Under the pieces are notes generated by a model that made no database searches, was not told the origin of the DNA, and saw only the letters and a list, made by a program, of their open reading frames with translations. A stretch of 64,000 nucleotides of DNA from assembly GCA_024679065.1 (NCBI GenBank), contig JAGIQG010000013.1, forward strand, positions 52,638,001 through 52,702,000, given 5' to 3'. This stretch comes from Sphyrna mokarran (Eukaryota). A program made the position numbers and the translations under genes. Every line of letters starts with the position of its first letter. The first letter of the stretch is position 1. This document shows positions 12,152 through 25,721 of the stretch, piece after piece.

Positions 12152-13024
12152 GTTGGCAGAAATCTCTCCTCTCAAGCCTGTAACAAGTCTCTGGGCTACT
12201 GTAAATAAGCTGAAGAGTGGAAGCAGCTTCTTGATCACTGGAAGAAAATCTAAGCCTTTTTGCTTTAAATCTGGAACATTTCTCCTTCATCAGAAAACAG
12301 TGTACTTTTGATTTACCATGTTCAACATGTAGGAGAAACTTAAATATTGTCAGTAAAATCAACACTGCATTTATATGCTGCCTTCTTCAGTAATCAATAT
12401 CTTTCTTTGCAAATTCAAACAGACACTCGCAAATAAATTACTGGACCATGTTCCATGTCCATGGATTAGATCTTGATTAAGACTCGGGCAGAAATTGTGA
12501 AAGACCAATTAACACTTGGTCCCATTTGAAAAAGAAAGCTTGGCCAATGACAATGCTCAAAAGAACCAGGGAGAAGTTGCTGACAGGTGATGTGAGTAAC
12601 AAATTGAATTATTTCCTGAGAAAATAAACACACCACTCATAGATAGCTTTGCATGCACTATGGGAATGCTGACGCTACTGAAGTTAGATGCAAGAATGTT
12701 TTCAACTGTTTTGATGGCCTATTGATTCTCAATGGAAGAGCATTCTATATTGGCTATTGCAAAAAGCAAGACACTTTACAGCATATCATGTTATAAAACA
12801 AAGTCAGGGCAGCTCCCAGTAACATATCATTATTGTTTGACTGTATCTGAATGTCTTCCGCAGAAAAATGCAATTGTGAAGTCATCAATATAGATGAGAG
12901 CAAGACCATTATCCAAATGAACATTTTTACCGGAGTTTAATAAACCACTTATGATGAGGTCCCATGGTTCATGGTGTTTTCTGAAATAGTGCCTTAAATG
13001 CCAAAGTAATTTGTTTTATTTTTT

Positions 13025-14140
13025 TCACAGGATGTGGGTATTGCTGACTAAGTCAGCATTTTTTGCCCATCTCTAATTGCCCTTGAGAAGGTAGTGGTGA
13101 ACAGTCTTCTTGAAGTATTGCAATCTATGTGGTATAGATAAACCACAATGCTATCAGGAAATGAGTTCTAGGATTTTGACTCAGCAACAATGTAGGAATG
13201 ATGATATAATTCCAAATCAGGATGATGTGTAGGTTTGAAGAAAACTTGCAAGTGGTGGTTTTCTATGCACCTGCTGCCCTTGTCCTTACTGGTGGTAAAG
13301 GTCACAGTTTGGAAGATGCTGAAGAAGGAGGCTTTGTGGAGTTTCAGCGGTGCATCTTGTAGATGTCACTGTATGCCAGTGATGGAGGGAATGAATAGTT
13401 AAGGTGGTGGTTGGGATGTCAATCAAGTCGACTGTTTTGTTCCAATAGTATTCAGCTTCGAGATACTTGCGATATAATTCTCAGCCTCTGAGCTTCTCTT
13501 GTAGCCTTAGTATTTATATAGCTGATCCAGTTCAGTTTCTGATCAATGGTAACCCCTAGGATGTCGTCAAAGGGAGAAATCAAGGGGAGATTCTCTCTTG
13601 TTGAAGATGGTCATTATCTGGCACGTATGTAGCATAGACATTACTTGCCAATTAACCTCCCAATCTTGAATGGATGTGCATTCTTGCTGTATATGTATTT
13701 GGATGTGAACTGTTCTGAATATAAGAAATCCTGAATGGTATTAAACATTGTGTAGTAACGAGCATTTGACCCCACTTCTGGCCTTTTAATGGAGATGAGA
13801 TCATTGATAATGAAGCTAAAGGTAGTTGTGTCCAGAACCCCGTCCAAAGGAACTTCTGCAGTAATATACTGGGACTGAGATGATAGACCTCCAACAACCA
13901 CAACCATCTTCATGATAGGTATGATTTCAGCCATAGAAGAGATTCCCTGATTCCAACTGACTCCAGTTTTGCTAGTTTCCTTGATGCCACATTCGGTCAA
14001 ATACTGCCTTGATGTCAGGCGCAATCACTCTAATCTCTCCTCACGAGTTCAGCGTTTTTAGCCATGACTGGACCAAGGTTGTAATGTGGTCAAGAGCTGA
14101 TAGATCCCAAATGAATGGTCAATGAGCAGATTATTGCTGC
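13025..14140 (-). mobile_element. CR1-group LINE, 3' half of RT and 3' UTR, decayed
   Basis: The minus strand gives frameshifted RT motifs (LDIKAVFDRMWHQG; V..FS..INDL in ORF 13641-14024). The tail GGGCAATTAGAGATGGGCAA..CCCACATCC is shared with 54330-55065. Confidence 0.8.
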
Positions 14141-15074
14141 ATGATCTCCTTCTGATTGTTCATTTTCAGATATGAAAGAGCTGCTAACTGGCTACAACAG
14201 CCTCATGCTAAATATTGGTGCTGACTGCTGAGAAGGAGGCAACATCACTTGATCTGATATGCACACCCAACAGATCAAATACTGACACTGTACAGATCTT
14301 ACAAGGTTACAAAGAGTCAGAGTCTGCACTTGGTGAGTCACTGAGCATAAGTGGGCAGTAAGCAAGCCAGGGAGAAGAGGAAAACTCCTGTGTCAGCTCC
14401 CCAGTTGGCAATAATGCAGATAGGATCTGTTGCTGGTGGCTCAGTTGATGGGTTGATATCTAGCAGAACTTTGAGAAACATGCGTACTGAGATGTTGGTT
14501 ATGTTAACAGATCTGCCAGCCTCCCTGCCAATGTTGAGGAAAAATCCAATTCCAATTTGGCAGTTGAAGTTTGAAGCCCATTCTATCCAGCACGGAAATC
14601 ATGACTAACTTCCCATGACAGCACCTTTGGACCCAGTTGTGGTTCAGTGGTTTGCGGCTGCGTCTCAACTTCCATTGCAACACAGGGAGAAGTCATTCAA
14701 TCTTAATGCAGAGGTAGAGCTCAGCAAGGAATTATGAGATCCTCGCTGCTGTCATGCAGAGTCAGGCTACTGCCATTATTGGCTCTGAATCTCAGTACTC
14801 AATTTCACCACCAGCCATACTGCAATCACTGGTAGCACTTCATAGGAACAGTTGGACATGCAAAGGCACCTACAAGATAGGCACTACAGAGACACTGAAG
14901 GGTGAATAATTCCACCTTTTCTGTATATGTAAATACATGTATATATTTTTATTTGTGTGTTTTTGGATAGTAATCCAAATGTTCTGTAAATATTTTTGTT
15001 GATGGCTTTTATTGCAGGAATTTGGCTAATTGGATATTGTGATACCATGCAGCAGATGGAATGAAAGGTAGGAA

Positions 15075-15176
15075 AATTGTGGAGCAATGGTGATGGTAGA
15101 AATACTTTTGGAGAGTCAGTGCAAACTTGATGGGCTGAATGGCCTCATTCTGCATTGTAGGGATTTTATGATTCAA
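15075..15176 (+). mobile_element. HE1/CR1-type 3' tail fragment
   Basis: GATGGGCTGAATGGCCTCATTCTGCATTGTAGGGATTTTATGATTC matches the SINE tail at 12100-12151. Confidence 0.75.
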
Positions 15177-17029
15177 AGCGATATGCACAGACATGACATC
15201 TGTGCTCACACCTTTATTGGCCTGAGGCACCACAAAAAGTACATGTTGAGTACAACATGTGATATTTTGAGGGCCTCTGACTTCTGCAGGGCAGCCTCCA
15301 GAGGCCCTGATAGACATCTCTTGGGCAACAGCTTTACTGCTTCTGACACTGACAGACCTATTCTCCCAAATACATTTGGTAGGATGCCACTGGAGAGTTC
15401 TGAAGTTTAGTTTGTTTTTTGATGCTGAAATTAATTGAAGATTTATTATCCACAAAGCCCCTTTCTCCAAATCAGAAAACGCAGAAATTTTGAACAAGAG
15501 AATTTGTATCCAATTTAAATTTTTAGAAGTTTCCAGGCAAGATGAACACTACCACTTACACAGTACAGGTGGCAGTGCTTGCTGAGCTGCTAAATTGAGT
15601 ACTTTCCAATCCTATTTCGAGGATAATGTGCAGCCACCTAGCACATAATGTTCTTAAAAAACTCTACCATACAGCTGCCATATTAAATATTCTTCTACTG
15701 GTAATGGAAATAAAAGTTCAGGAGAGATGTAAAATGGAATAGCTGATGATAAATGATCATTCATTTTACACTACTGCACAAAGTCAAAATCCACCCCCAT
15801 ATTCAGTCACAGCGCACATATGAATTTGTCAAACTGCAAATTAATGGGGTTCAATATTTTGCTGAATACATTACCATTTCAAAAAGATTTTTTCTAACAT
15901 TTTCTCACTCTCCGTATGCCCTCAGTTAATTATATTTAGCTCTGAATCATATCAATAATTTTGTTAGCAGATTGGATTAATTCAGAATGTACTGTATTTT
16001 AGACACCATCCTGCCTTCAACTTCAGTGTGTTTTCTTTCCACTTGAATGATGTAATTAGGTCACATACATTGCAGAGCTACCTGGTGCTGCTCCTTATTT
16101 CTGTTCAACAGTTGCAACTTTTCACCACAAAACATATGAGATATCATGATTGCGAACTCATGTCATGCTATAGTGCATTAGTTCATAATGATGTCTCTAG
16201 GTACCCATTACAACTGACATATTCAAATTAATTGCACTGCACAGTCAGCACTCATTGGATTTAGTTACATCGTATCGACAGAACAAAGATTTAGAAAAGT
16301 GTTAACTTCTATGTTTGTAAAATTCCCACCTCTCTTCTGAAGGCAGTAACTTGGATTGAGATCTGACCCCTGGATCGAGTACCTTGTTTGTGCCCCCACT
16401 AAGCTAAAATACAATGCTCTCCATGATGCCTTGGCTGGAGGCTAATCTGGGAATTAACTGATTGGAATTAATTGATGGAAAAAGCAGCAACATAATGGAT
16501 ATCTGTATTTGTTGAACTGTTTTTGTGTAGGAATTTCAGATTAGTAGAACGAGCATGGGAAGAATTAAAATAGATGACAGTGAGTTAACATCAACCATGA
16601 TTCGTTATTTTCTGGAAGACAGTGGCATTTATTATTCAGTCAAAAGATGTCCCATCAGATTCGTGGTTCCTCATTGGACCACCTTGCAGGATATTTGTCA
16701 TTCGGTTTTAATTTACTCAGAATGACACTTTGTTAACAGTTAGGCTGAGATTTTCCTTGGTTTATTGAAAGTCACAAATATATTGGCAGATTAACATTTG
16801 AAATCTGAATATTTCATGGTGTGTGCTTTGAGCCATTGTTGGTACAATATAATTGAGAGATAGGTTTGTCCATTGCTTTTTACTTTAGTGCAATTTCAAA
16901 AGCATTCTGATGGTAATTCTATCGATCTTATTTTTGTTTGAGTATGTCTTCAACCAGCAGTAAGATTCAATGTAAGATTCTTGCAAGTGACAATTCAATC
17001 CTGGAAACAGATTGTCAGTGTTGTAATTA

Positions 17030-17348
17030 GTGCCATGGACCGAGGTTCGATTCTGGCCTTGCATGACTGTCTATGTGGAGTTTTCACACTCTCCCTATAT
17101 CTGCTTGGGTTTCTTCCGGGTGCTCCGGTTTCCTCCCACAGTCCAGAGGTGAGCAGGTAAGGTGGATTGGCCATGCTAAATTGAATCTCAGTGCTCAAAG
17201 ATGTGTAAGCTGGTTAAATGGATTAGCTATGGTGAATGCTCGGGGTCATGCTCGGGAAAGAGTGGGCTTGGGCAAGATGTTTTTTCAGAGAGTTAGTGCA
17301 GACATGATGGGCTGAACAGCCTCCTTCTGCGTTATAGGGATTGTACGA
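17030..17348 (+). mobile_element. tRNA-derived SINE (HE1-like), 5'-truncated
   Basis: GGTTCGATTC B-box, GGGTGCTCCGGTTTCCTCCCACAGTCC core, CR1-type tail. Confidence 0.9.
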
Positions 17349-17480
17349 AGTATCTGCCCTTCTGGTTTCCTTTACTTCCACCATATTTTTGTCCGAGTTG
17401 GCATACGTGACCCAATTTTAAGGAGGCTCTTTCTCTCCCTGAGACTATCTTCTTGCACTTTGCTTTCTTGCCCTATCATT

Positions 17481-17552
17481 CCCATTCCTCACTTCTCTCC
17501 CCACCATCCCTACTCCTCACTTCCCTGCCCAACCATTCCTACTCCTTACTCT
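17481..17552. repeat. Degenerate ~28-bp pyrimidine-rich tandem repeat (about 2.5 units)
   Basis: CCCATTCCTCACTTCTCTCCCCACCATC / CCTACTCCTCACTTCCCTGCCCAACCATT / CCTACTCCTTACTC. Confidence 0.55.
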
Positions 17553-20500
17553 ACTGCTGATTATTTGCATTCTTTATTATCCTTCTGTTTTGACTGCTGA
17601 CTCTTTAATACATTATGGAAGGCATTGCCCACAACCACATCCACCATCACCACTTACAAATGGAATCTCTGTGCCCCAACTCCCTGCTTAACAAATAGTA
17701 CTTGGAAAGCGCTATTATGAAGGATACAGGATGCACTTAAAGTAACAGCTGATGATTCTGCACCCCTTAACATAAATAAAACAAAAAAAAAGACGCACAT
17801 TTGGAGTTTTAGATATTGTGGAGTGATGGATGGATAATGAGTTTAATTGTATAAAATTACTTGGACACTGGGGAAAGAGTATCCGATTAAAATGAAAATC
17901 TCCTTGGAATAAACATGTTTAAAACATATACGCAAGCAACCATCAAAATAACACTCACATTATTTAAGCATTTTGCACACAGATATTCAATTTTAGGCAT
18001 TATTTTTGAAATAATCTACAGATTATTGCAAATGTAGAGAAGTAAAATATCCTCAAAGCGGAGGAGAATCAAAAGATCAGTGCTCGCTATGAGAATTATT
18101 GATTCAAAATTGTCATAGATTTCAAAGATAAAAGATTTGTCAAAGAAAATAGTCAATAAAAATAGCAAAAACGCTGAATCGAACTAGCTGAAAAACACAT
18201 ACAGAAGGAAACTATAGACATTAGGCCAAATAAATTAGCAGGATATGAACATCTAAAGTTGCCAGTCAGTCAGCAAATGAATCCATTTCAGGGCTCAGCC
18301 TGACCATATACCTTACTGCCACAACACATTAATAAAAGGCACTTTGTGGCAGGCCATTCAGTACTCTGATGCTGGTGAACCATTAGTCACTTTTACGCAA
18401 GGACAGGCCTCAGGCACAGTCGCAAAGAATCAATGAAGAATCATTTGTGTGCGGCCCAAGGCCAGTCCTTGGACTTCGTGCTTTTGTCAGTGGGAGAAGA
18501 AATCCTTCATCTTAATCAGGAAAAAGTCAGCATTTTCACGGATAATTCTGACAGGATACGTAACCAAGAGGATTTATGTACCATACCATAATGGTATTCT
18601 TACACAATAATGTAATTTAGCAAAACTTTATCTTCAATAACTGACTCAATTTATGCTTTCAAGACTTTTCCCTGCCACCGCGGCAAGATTGTAAAAAAAA
18701 TCTGAGCAGCATGTTATTTCAAAAAAAAAATCCTGGCTTTTTTGGTTCGCTAGAGCATGAAATAATCTATAAAGGAATAAACGTCAAGCCATGGCGATCT
18801 TAATCTTCATTGCTGACCTTCTGATTTTAGTAACCAGGAAGAAAGCATTATTTAATACATCTTACACAAAGACAACAATGTGTCCTTAGCAATTATGGTA
18901 ATGTCTTATTATCAATGCTTCTTAATACCAGCATCCCTGATGCACATTTTTTATACAATACTCATTACGATAATACTGTATACGCTCAATATGCATGATA
19001 AGACAGTCATTCCTTTAATAAAACGAGCATCATGCTTCCAGTGGGAGCATTAAAGAATTGGGTTAATGTAATTAAAGAATTAATTGAACAGTTTGTTCAC
19101 ATTATAGTATATTGCTGTTTGTGCAGATGGCGAAGATTAGTATAAAACTGTACGTATCCCAGGAGCGTAATTGTTTTTCATGTTAAATAATTGTCTGTGT
19201 TTTACCTTTTGCTAGTTTATGTGATAAAATCTGAATTCTGAATTGCATTATCAAATATAACCTTGAGTTCATCACGAAGCAGGGTGATCTTAAAAGGTCG
19301 CATTAAATTACCAGCACTGTGAGCAAGCTCAGCTTTGATTTTCTGAAGGAAAAGTAGCAGGAGGTTCACTCCAGGCATTAAAGTGGTCTGATTGCAAAAC
19401 TCTTGCTGCACAGTCAAGCATCGGGAGTTTAATCTGAGCTGCAAAACAACATGAGAATACACAGTTCTTGAGTAAACAGGATGGCTACTGAGGGTTACCT
19501 GTAGCCTTGATGTGGCTGAAATCTTTCTATATTTATTCTCATAACTCTCTGATGACCCAGGTAAAGGAGAAACTGATCAGCATTTATCTTGTTTCTCTTA
19601 ATCCCTCAATTTAGCTCAGATGCTAGAGGTAGGGATGAGGCAAGTTAAGTACTGATTTAACAATGCCAATTTGTAGGGGCCAAATAGGACTGGCAAGCGG
19701 CCTCCATCCCTTTTTGTGCCAGTTTGTTGCACATGTATTGGTAAGTTGAGAGTTCATTGCGTAGGTGATTGAGGTTCAACATATTCTTCACTTCTCTGCA
19801 GGAAAACAATAGAGATACCAATCCTTGATGGAACACAAATCTAGTGGATCTTCTTGGGTAGACAGATAGACAATTAAAATTAAATAACTTAAGTCACTTC
19901 TCATGAATCGATTAAACACCCCATGAGATATGATCACCCAACAAGAAAGAATAATCTCCAAATGTAGTTAAAACAAATTTGTGTTTAGTATTCAATGAAA
20001 ATTGAATGTGAGCAAATTCTCCATCATACTTCAGTGTTTAAAGATAATGCACAGGTAAATCATTGAGAACAAATGGAGATAATGATACATATGACTCTAT
20101 GACTCAGTGGTCTCTGGATCTGGGCTGACATTGGAGTACAACTGGTTTAAAACTCATGTGCTAACATGGTGAGATGCAGCATCACAATTGTCTATACAAT
20201 GAGATTTCATCTCACCAGTACATCTGCAATAAAACATGCTATAAAAGGGGAAGAGGTGGCACGACCCTTCTAACAAATCAAAAGTGCTAAACATCTGAAT
20301 ATTTGCTACCTTGTTAATCAGGAAATGGCTGAAAAATATAATGACAATATTTGAAAAATATCTTGAATATAAAATTAACCAATTAGTAGAGTTTTTTCTA
20401 CTTAGCAAGAATGTAAAGTGCTTTATTACTCAAATGAATTGTAAAATTAAATGTCAAATTTCCACATCCAGAAGAGCTATACAGGCATTTTAATTTTTTG

Positions 20501-21644
20501 CTATTAGTCATTAATGTCTAGTTTTAAATTTTATATTCCGTTGTATTTCTTTATTTCAGTGCATACTTCCATTATTTAATTGTACATTAGATATGATGTA
20601 ATTTTGTGAAACTCTTAGAAGGATCGTGATTAAAATAGTGATGTAATTAACATCATATTGCACTGTCATTTGTAAAATAGAACTTCTATACCTGAGCCTC
20701 TCTGATTTAAAAATAACAATACAGATTACGTGGATTGCTGCAAATTAGATGTCTTAAATTTGCTTAAGACTTTAAATCTCTGAAGATTTACAAAACCTTC
20801 TCTGGACACATTTGGGATAAATTGGAACTGCAAGAAATCTATCTGTATTTGCTGGGAGCAAGAACAATAATGAATTTTAAAATACATCCTCAGCAATACA
20901 CAAAGATCCTAGATTTGATCAGCGATCGGTGCTTGTATGACCCAGCCTAAGCAGGATAACAATAGGAATGGTGCCTTTGGAAGACAGACTCGATTTTATG
21001 GCCTTTTCACAGCTTAACCATGAGAACATACAAAATAGCAATTCAGAAGAAACAGACCAGAGTTTGTTTGTATGGTTTTGGCATGGCTGACCCCTCCATT
21101 TGGTTAAAACCACTGGTGGCCTTACTTTGTCATTTAAATATCTCAGTTGGCCAAAAAATCTGGTGGAGCCAGAAAGATGATTAGATCTCCACCTGACACC
21201 CTTCTTGTCTCCCTCCCCTCCCTGTCTTCCCCCCATCCTCCACTAAGATGGGCACATGCATATAGATGCAGGTGAGGGATTAAAAGCAGAAAAGATGCAA
21301 ATGAGTCTGAAAGCCAACTCCAGTTCACTGAATTTCCATGTTCATTCAAACACGTTAGATTGCTTGTATTTATTCGCCTTGGGAGAAGTTGATTGCTCAT
21401 TAACATATGCAAATCACTTAATTGGAGCAATATTTCAACACACTATGGAATTACCAATGTATCTACAAATTCTTGAGCTTCATGTAATTTATCAGTGAAA
21501 AGCAAGGCATGAATACAGCATTAATTGTGGAAGCAGATTAAACTCATGGAAATATTGCAGTAAGCCCACAATACAACAGGGTCCAAAAAGCATCAATTTA
21601 GGACAGGATGATGAGCAGCAACTGATAATAAAATGTAAATATAA

Positions 21645-21725
21645 ATACATAGGAACAGTAGTAGACTGTTTGGCACATCAAGCCTGTTTCCCCAATCAAT
21701 AAGATCAAGGTTTATCTGCAACTGC
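21645..21725 (-). mobile_element. CR1 3' tail fragment
   Basis: ATAGGAACAGTAGTAGAC..CATCAAGCCTG..AAGATCAAGG is the reverse complement of the CR1 tail type seen at 44450-44525. Confidence 0.5.
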
Positions 21726-21829
21726 TTCCCCAATTATAGTTTTAGAAATACAGTAAACTCCTAATTTGGGCTTGCAGATCTGATCCAATTACCTTGTTAC
21801 ACAGCTTGATTGTTCCTTGGAATGTGACG

Positions 21830-22565
21830 GGAACAAGAGAACAAGTTGCAGAGTGAACAGCAAGCTGGCTAGAAATCTGAAAGTTGCTGTTAATAATAGT
21901 TACTCAGATGGACAAATGGGAGAAAATTGTGTTCCACAAGGCTTGGAGCTTAGAGCATTATTGTTCATAATTTATATAAATGATTTGGACTCGTGAATTA
22001 GAAGTACATTTACAAGATTTGCAGATTGCAAATTAAGTTGGGGGTGTAGTTAATACAGTGAGGGGGCGTGGTAAATTACAGGAAGACATGAGTAAACTTG
22101 CAGAAAGGGCAAGCAACTGACTTAAATATAGATAAGTCTGGTATGATACATTTTACTCGGAAGAATAGGAGACTGTATACCTCTTGGAAAACAAATGCAC
22201 AAATGCATTAGAGGGACAGAGGAATCAGGAGATACAAGTACGTCAATCATGAAAGCAGTGATGTAGATTAAGACCACAAAAAAGAGACAAAAAAATTACT
22301 GTGGTTTATTTCTAGACAGACAGAGCTGAGAAGCAGAGAAGTTATGTTAAACTTGCACAGAACTTGAAACCACACTTGAGTAGTGTAAATAGTTCTGGTC
22401 TTCATATAATAAAAATGAAATAGTGACACTGGAGAAGCAATAGGCATAAAGAAAGTATTCGTAATGGTGGATGAGGGAAGAATAAGATACCATAAATATT
22501 ACCTGACAAAAATAAAAGCACAACGGTTTTCAGGAGAAATTTCTTTACCTAGAGAATGGTGAGAA
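21830..22565 (+). mobile_element. CR1 LINE ORF2 fragment, heavily decayed
   Basis: Translates to VPQGLELRALLFIIYINDLD..TRFAD (21870-21970 region onward), with many stops and frameshifts. Confidence 0.8.
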
Positions 22566-22585
22566 AACTATCAGTTGTTGAGTTT

Positions 22586-22754
22586 TCATAGAATCCCTAC
22601 AATGCAAAAGGAGGTGCCAAATCTCCAATCAAGCATTTTACCCAGGCCCTATCTCCATAACCTCAGATATTTGCCCTGCTAATTCCCCCTACACTTCTTG
22701 GGACACTAAGGGACAATTTAACATGTCCAATCCACCTAGCCTGCACATGTCTGG
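22586..22754 (-). mobile_element. HE1-like SINE 3' half
   Basis: CATAGAATCCCTACAATGCAAAAGGAGG is the reverse complement of the tail; GGACACTAAGGGACAATTTAACATG body. Confidence 0.8.
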
Positions 22755-22967
22755 CATGCTTCTGAGCTATAAATCCTATATCATTATTAAACTCAAAGCA
22801 AATTGAACAATTTTAGAAATCTGGCTCGTTGATTTCGAGGAAATTTGCTGCTGAAATTGGCATCAAAATAGTTTGCCTGTTATCACGGAATGGCTATGAT
22901 TTTAATTTTTTAAATATTACTTTGAAAGCATGCACAATGATTCTGCCCAACCCTATCACTTTTTGGG

Positions 22968-24216
22968 CACATAGAAAACAATGGGAGGATTGGTCAGAGT
23001 AAACATAGATTTAATGAAAGTGAAATCATGGTTACCAAGCCTATTGGAGCATTTTGAAAATGTTACTAGCAGGATAGATAAAGAATCACCAGTGGATGTG
23101 ATGTATTAGATTTTCAGAAGATGTTTAATAAGTTCCATACAACAGGTTAGTAAGCAAAATTAGAGCATATACATTGCAGGTAATATACTGGTATGGATTG
23201 AAATTTGTTTAATGGACAGAAAACAGAATGTAGGAACAAGCATATCATTCTCAGGCTGGCAGTCCATGATTAGTGGGACACTGCCAGGATCAGTGCTTGG
23301 GACACAACTGTTCACAATCTATAATTGACTATCTGAGTGTGAGGACCAAATGTAATATTCCCAAGATTGTTGATGACACAAAAATTGGTGGAAATATAAG
23401 TTGCAAGGAGGATATAAAAAGGCTTCAAGAGGATTTAGACAAGCCAAGTTAGTGGGCAAGAACATAGTGTGTAGAATCTTGAAAATTGTGCAGTTGCTCA
23501 TTTTGGTAGGGAAGAATTGAAATGCAGGTTATTTCTTAAAAGGGGAAAGATTACAAAGCATTGATGTCAAAATAGAACTAAGTGCTCTTGTTCATAAGTC
23601 ACTGAAAGCCAAAAGGCAAGTGCAGCAAATAATTAGGAGGACAAACGGTGTGTCAGCATTTAGCAAGAGGGAATTTGAGTAAAGAAGGAAAGAGGTCTTG
23701 CTGCAGTTATAAAAGTCTTGGTGATACCACACCTGTAGTACTGTGTGCAGTTCTCATCTCCTTTTCAAAGGAAGGACATACTGGCTATAGAGGGAGTGCA
23801 AAAAGTTCTCCAGACTAATCTTTGGGATCGTGGGATTGTCCTAAGAGGGGAGACATATTTTCTAGAGATTTGAAGAATAAGAGGTTTAATAAGATAGATG
23901 CAGGAAGGATGTTTCTTCTGGTTGGGGATCCAGAACCACTGGGGACAGTCTCAGTAGAAGAGGTGGGCCATTTCGGACTATGAAGAATAGGAATCTCTTC
24001 AATCAGGGGATTGAGTGTCTTTGGAACTCCCTCAGAAGTCTATGGAGGCTCAGTCATTGGGTTTGTTCAAAGAATATATCAATAATTTTCTGGATAGTAA
24101 TGACATGAAGGGACAAATAGAAAGTCTGTGAAGGTGGAGTTGAGGGAGAAAAACAGCCATGATAAAGTTAAATGGCAGAACAAGGGCCGAATGGCCTACT
24201 CCTGCTTCTTTGTTTG
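22968..24216 (+). mobile_element. CR1 LINE, RT domain through 3' UTR, decayed
   Basis: Motifs KSWLPSLLEHFENVT..PVDV, LPGSVLGTQLFTIY, VDDTKIGG, and the tail AGGGCCGAATGGCCTACTCCTGCT. Confidence 0.9.
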
Positions 24217-24834
24217 TATTTATTTCGCAACATTTGCAACTTCCACAGTTAGTGTGCTACAATTAATCACACAGATTAGAATTATTTATGGTTTTATTGA
24301 GTCATGCAACTTGTAATGCAGTATTTAAAATTCTATAATTTGTACATTCCTCCTCTCAAGCCATGCACAGTTTTCCCTGGCTGTGCAAAACTGCCTGTAA
24401 TAATTTCAGAACACTCTAACATTGTGGCAAAATGTTTTGAAGGAGAAATTAAAAGAAGCTACTTTAAGTAATAGGATCATTTGTATTCCCTGATTTTAAA
24501 TGTGTCTAAAAATGAAGCAAAAAACTCAGCAGAAAATGGTTTTCATGCAATATTTCTGCTACAGTATCATAATAGAATTTTGTTCCTGCATTGAAAATAA
24601 CGAGGCTGCACATATCTGAAATAATTTGTATAAAACAGTCTAATTTGCAAATTTAAATGAACACTATGTAAATAGTTGATCCTTAAAACATCATCAATCA
24701 ACTGAATGAAATAGCAGTGACCAGTGGATCTGCAGCATTAATAATATTGGTTATGGGTTAGTGATAAATAGATTAATCTTCTGTGCTATGAAGATTACAG
24801 AATTGTCAACTTCAGTGCTTAACTAAACATACAT

Positions 24835-25245
24835 CCACTTCGGTTAGTAGTGCTTTCACCTTCAAGAATGCAGATGTTGAGTTCACACCCCAGCCTGAAG
24901 AGCTGAAGAGCACAATCCTAGCTGATGTGCAAAAGCCAGAGCGTAGGAAAGCTATGTTATCAGGGAAGTCGTATATCAACTGGGGCATTAAACCACAGTT
25001 CTGTTTGTCTGTTTCTGTGGATGAGATGGTTTTAGGATTGCGGTCAGTCCGTTGAAGACCACAGTGTTCCTTGGTGCTTTGTCCAATATTTCCCCAAAAC
25101 CAACAGCACCAAAAAAAAAATTAATCTCTTTGTTCTTTGGAAAATTTCCAACAACATTTTGTTGGCTGTCAGTCACTATGTCAAAACAGCTTGAGATGTT
25201 GTTGAATGATATGATGAAGTGCTATCCAAATTCATGGGTTTCTCT
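24835..25245 (+). mobile_element. Degenerate Deu-domain SINE (SacSINE1-like)
   Basis: tRNA-like head (GAGTTCACACCCC), CATTAAACCACAG and CCAATATTTCCCCAAAACCAACA body, AAGTGCTATCCAAATTCA tail. Confidence 0.55.
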
Positions 25246-25721
25246 AAACTTAGAGCAAAATGAATTACCAAGCTCAACTGTTGGCAGTGTCAATGAACAT
25301 GTGCTCTTCAGTCTTACTCTCCATAGAAATTGACACACTTGCTGCAGACTACAGTCTATTCAAGGTCACCATTACATAGGAATCCATTACCAAGTTACTA
25401 AGCTACTCCCCCAATTCCAAGTAAATGCATTTATTTTGCATATGAATAGCCTGTTTTAGGTTCTGTTATCACAAACTAAAACTTTAATTTAATTGAACAA
25501 ACTTCTTCTGGTTTTCCTTTTAGTTCATCATTATTTGAAGTGCCACATAGTTCTTGCCAATCAGTTCCAGTACAACATAGGCTTTATTTTGCAAAATCTC
25601 TTACTGGGTGATTTGCATATAAGCATTAATGAAGAGGGAATAGAATGATAATTGTTGGAGAGCTGCAGTTGCTTGTTAAATCACAAAAAAAAACAAAAAC
25701 AAAAACAGAAAATGCTGAAGC

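Noticed and set aside
14300-14860. Possible remnant of a Harbinger-associated Myb/SANT gene
   Set aside because: The resemblance is only impressionistic; I cannot point to a diagnostic motif.
15009-15497. 162-aa minus-strand ORF and overlapping plus-strand ORF
   Set aside because: Crosses a SINE/CR1 tail and decayed repeat sequence; no domain recognised.
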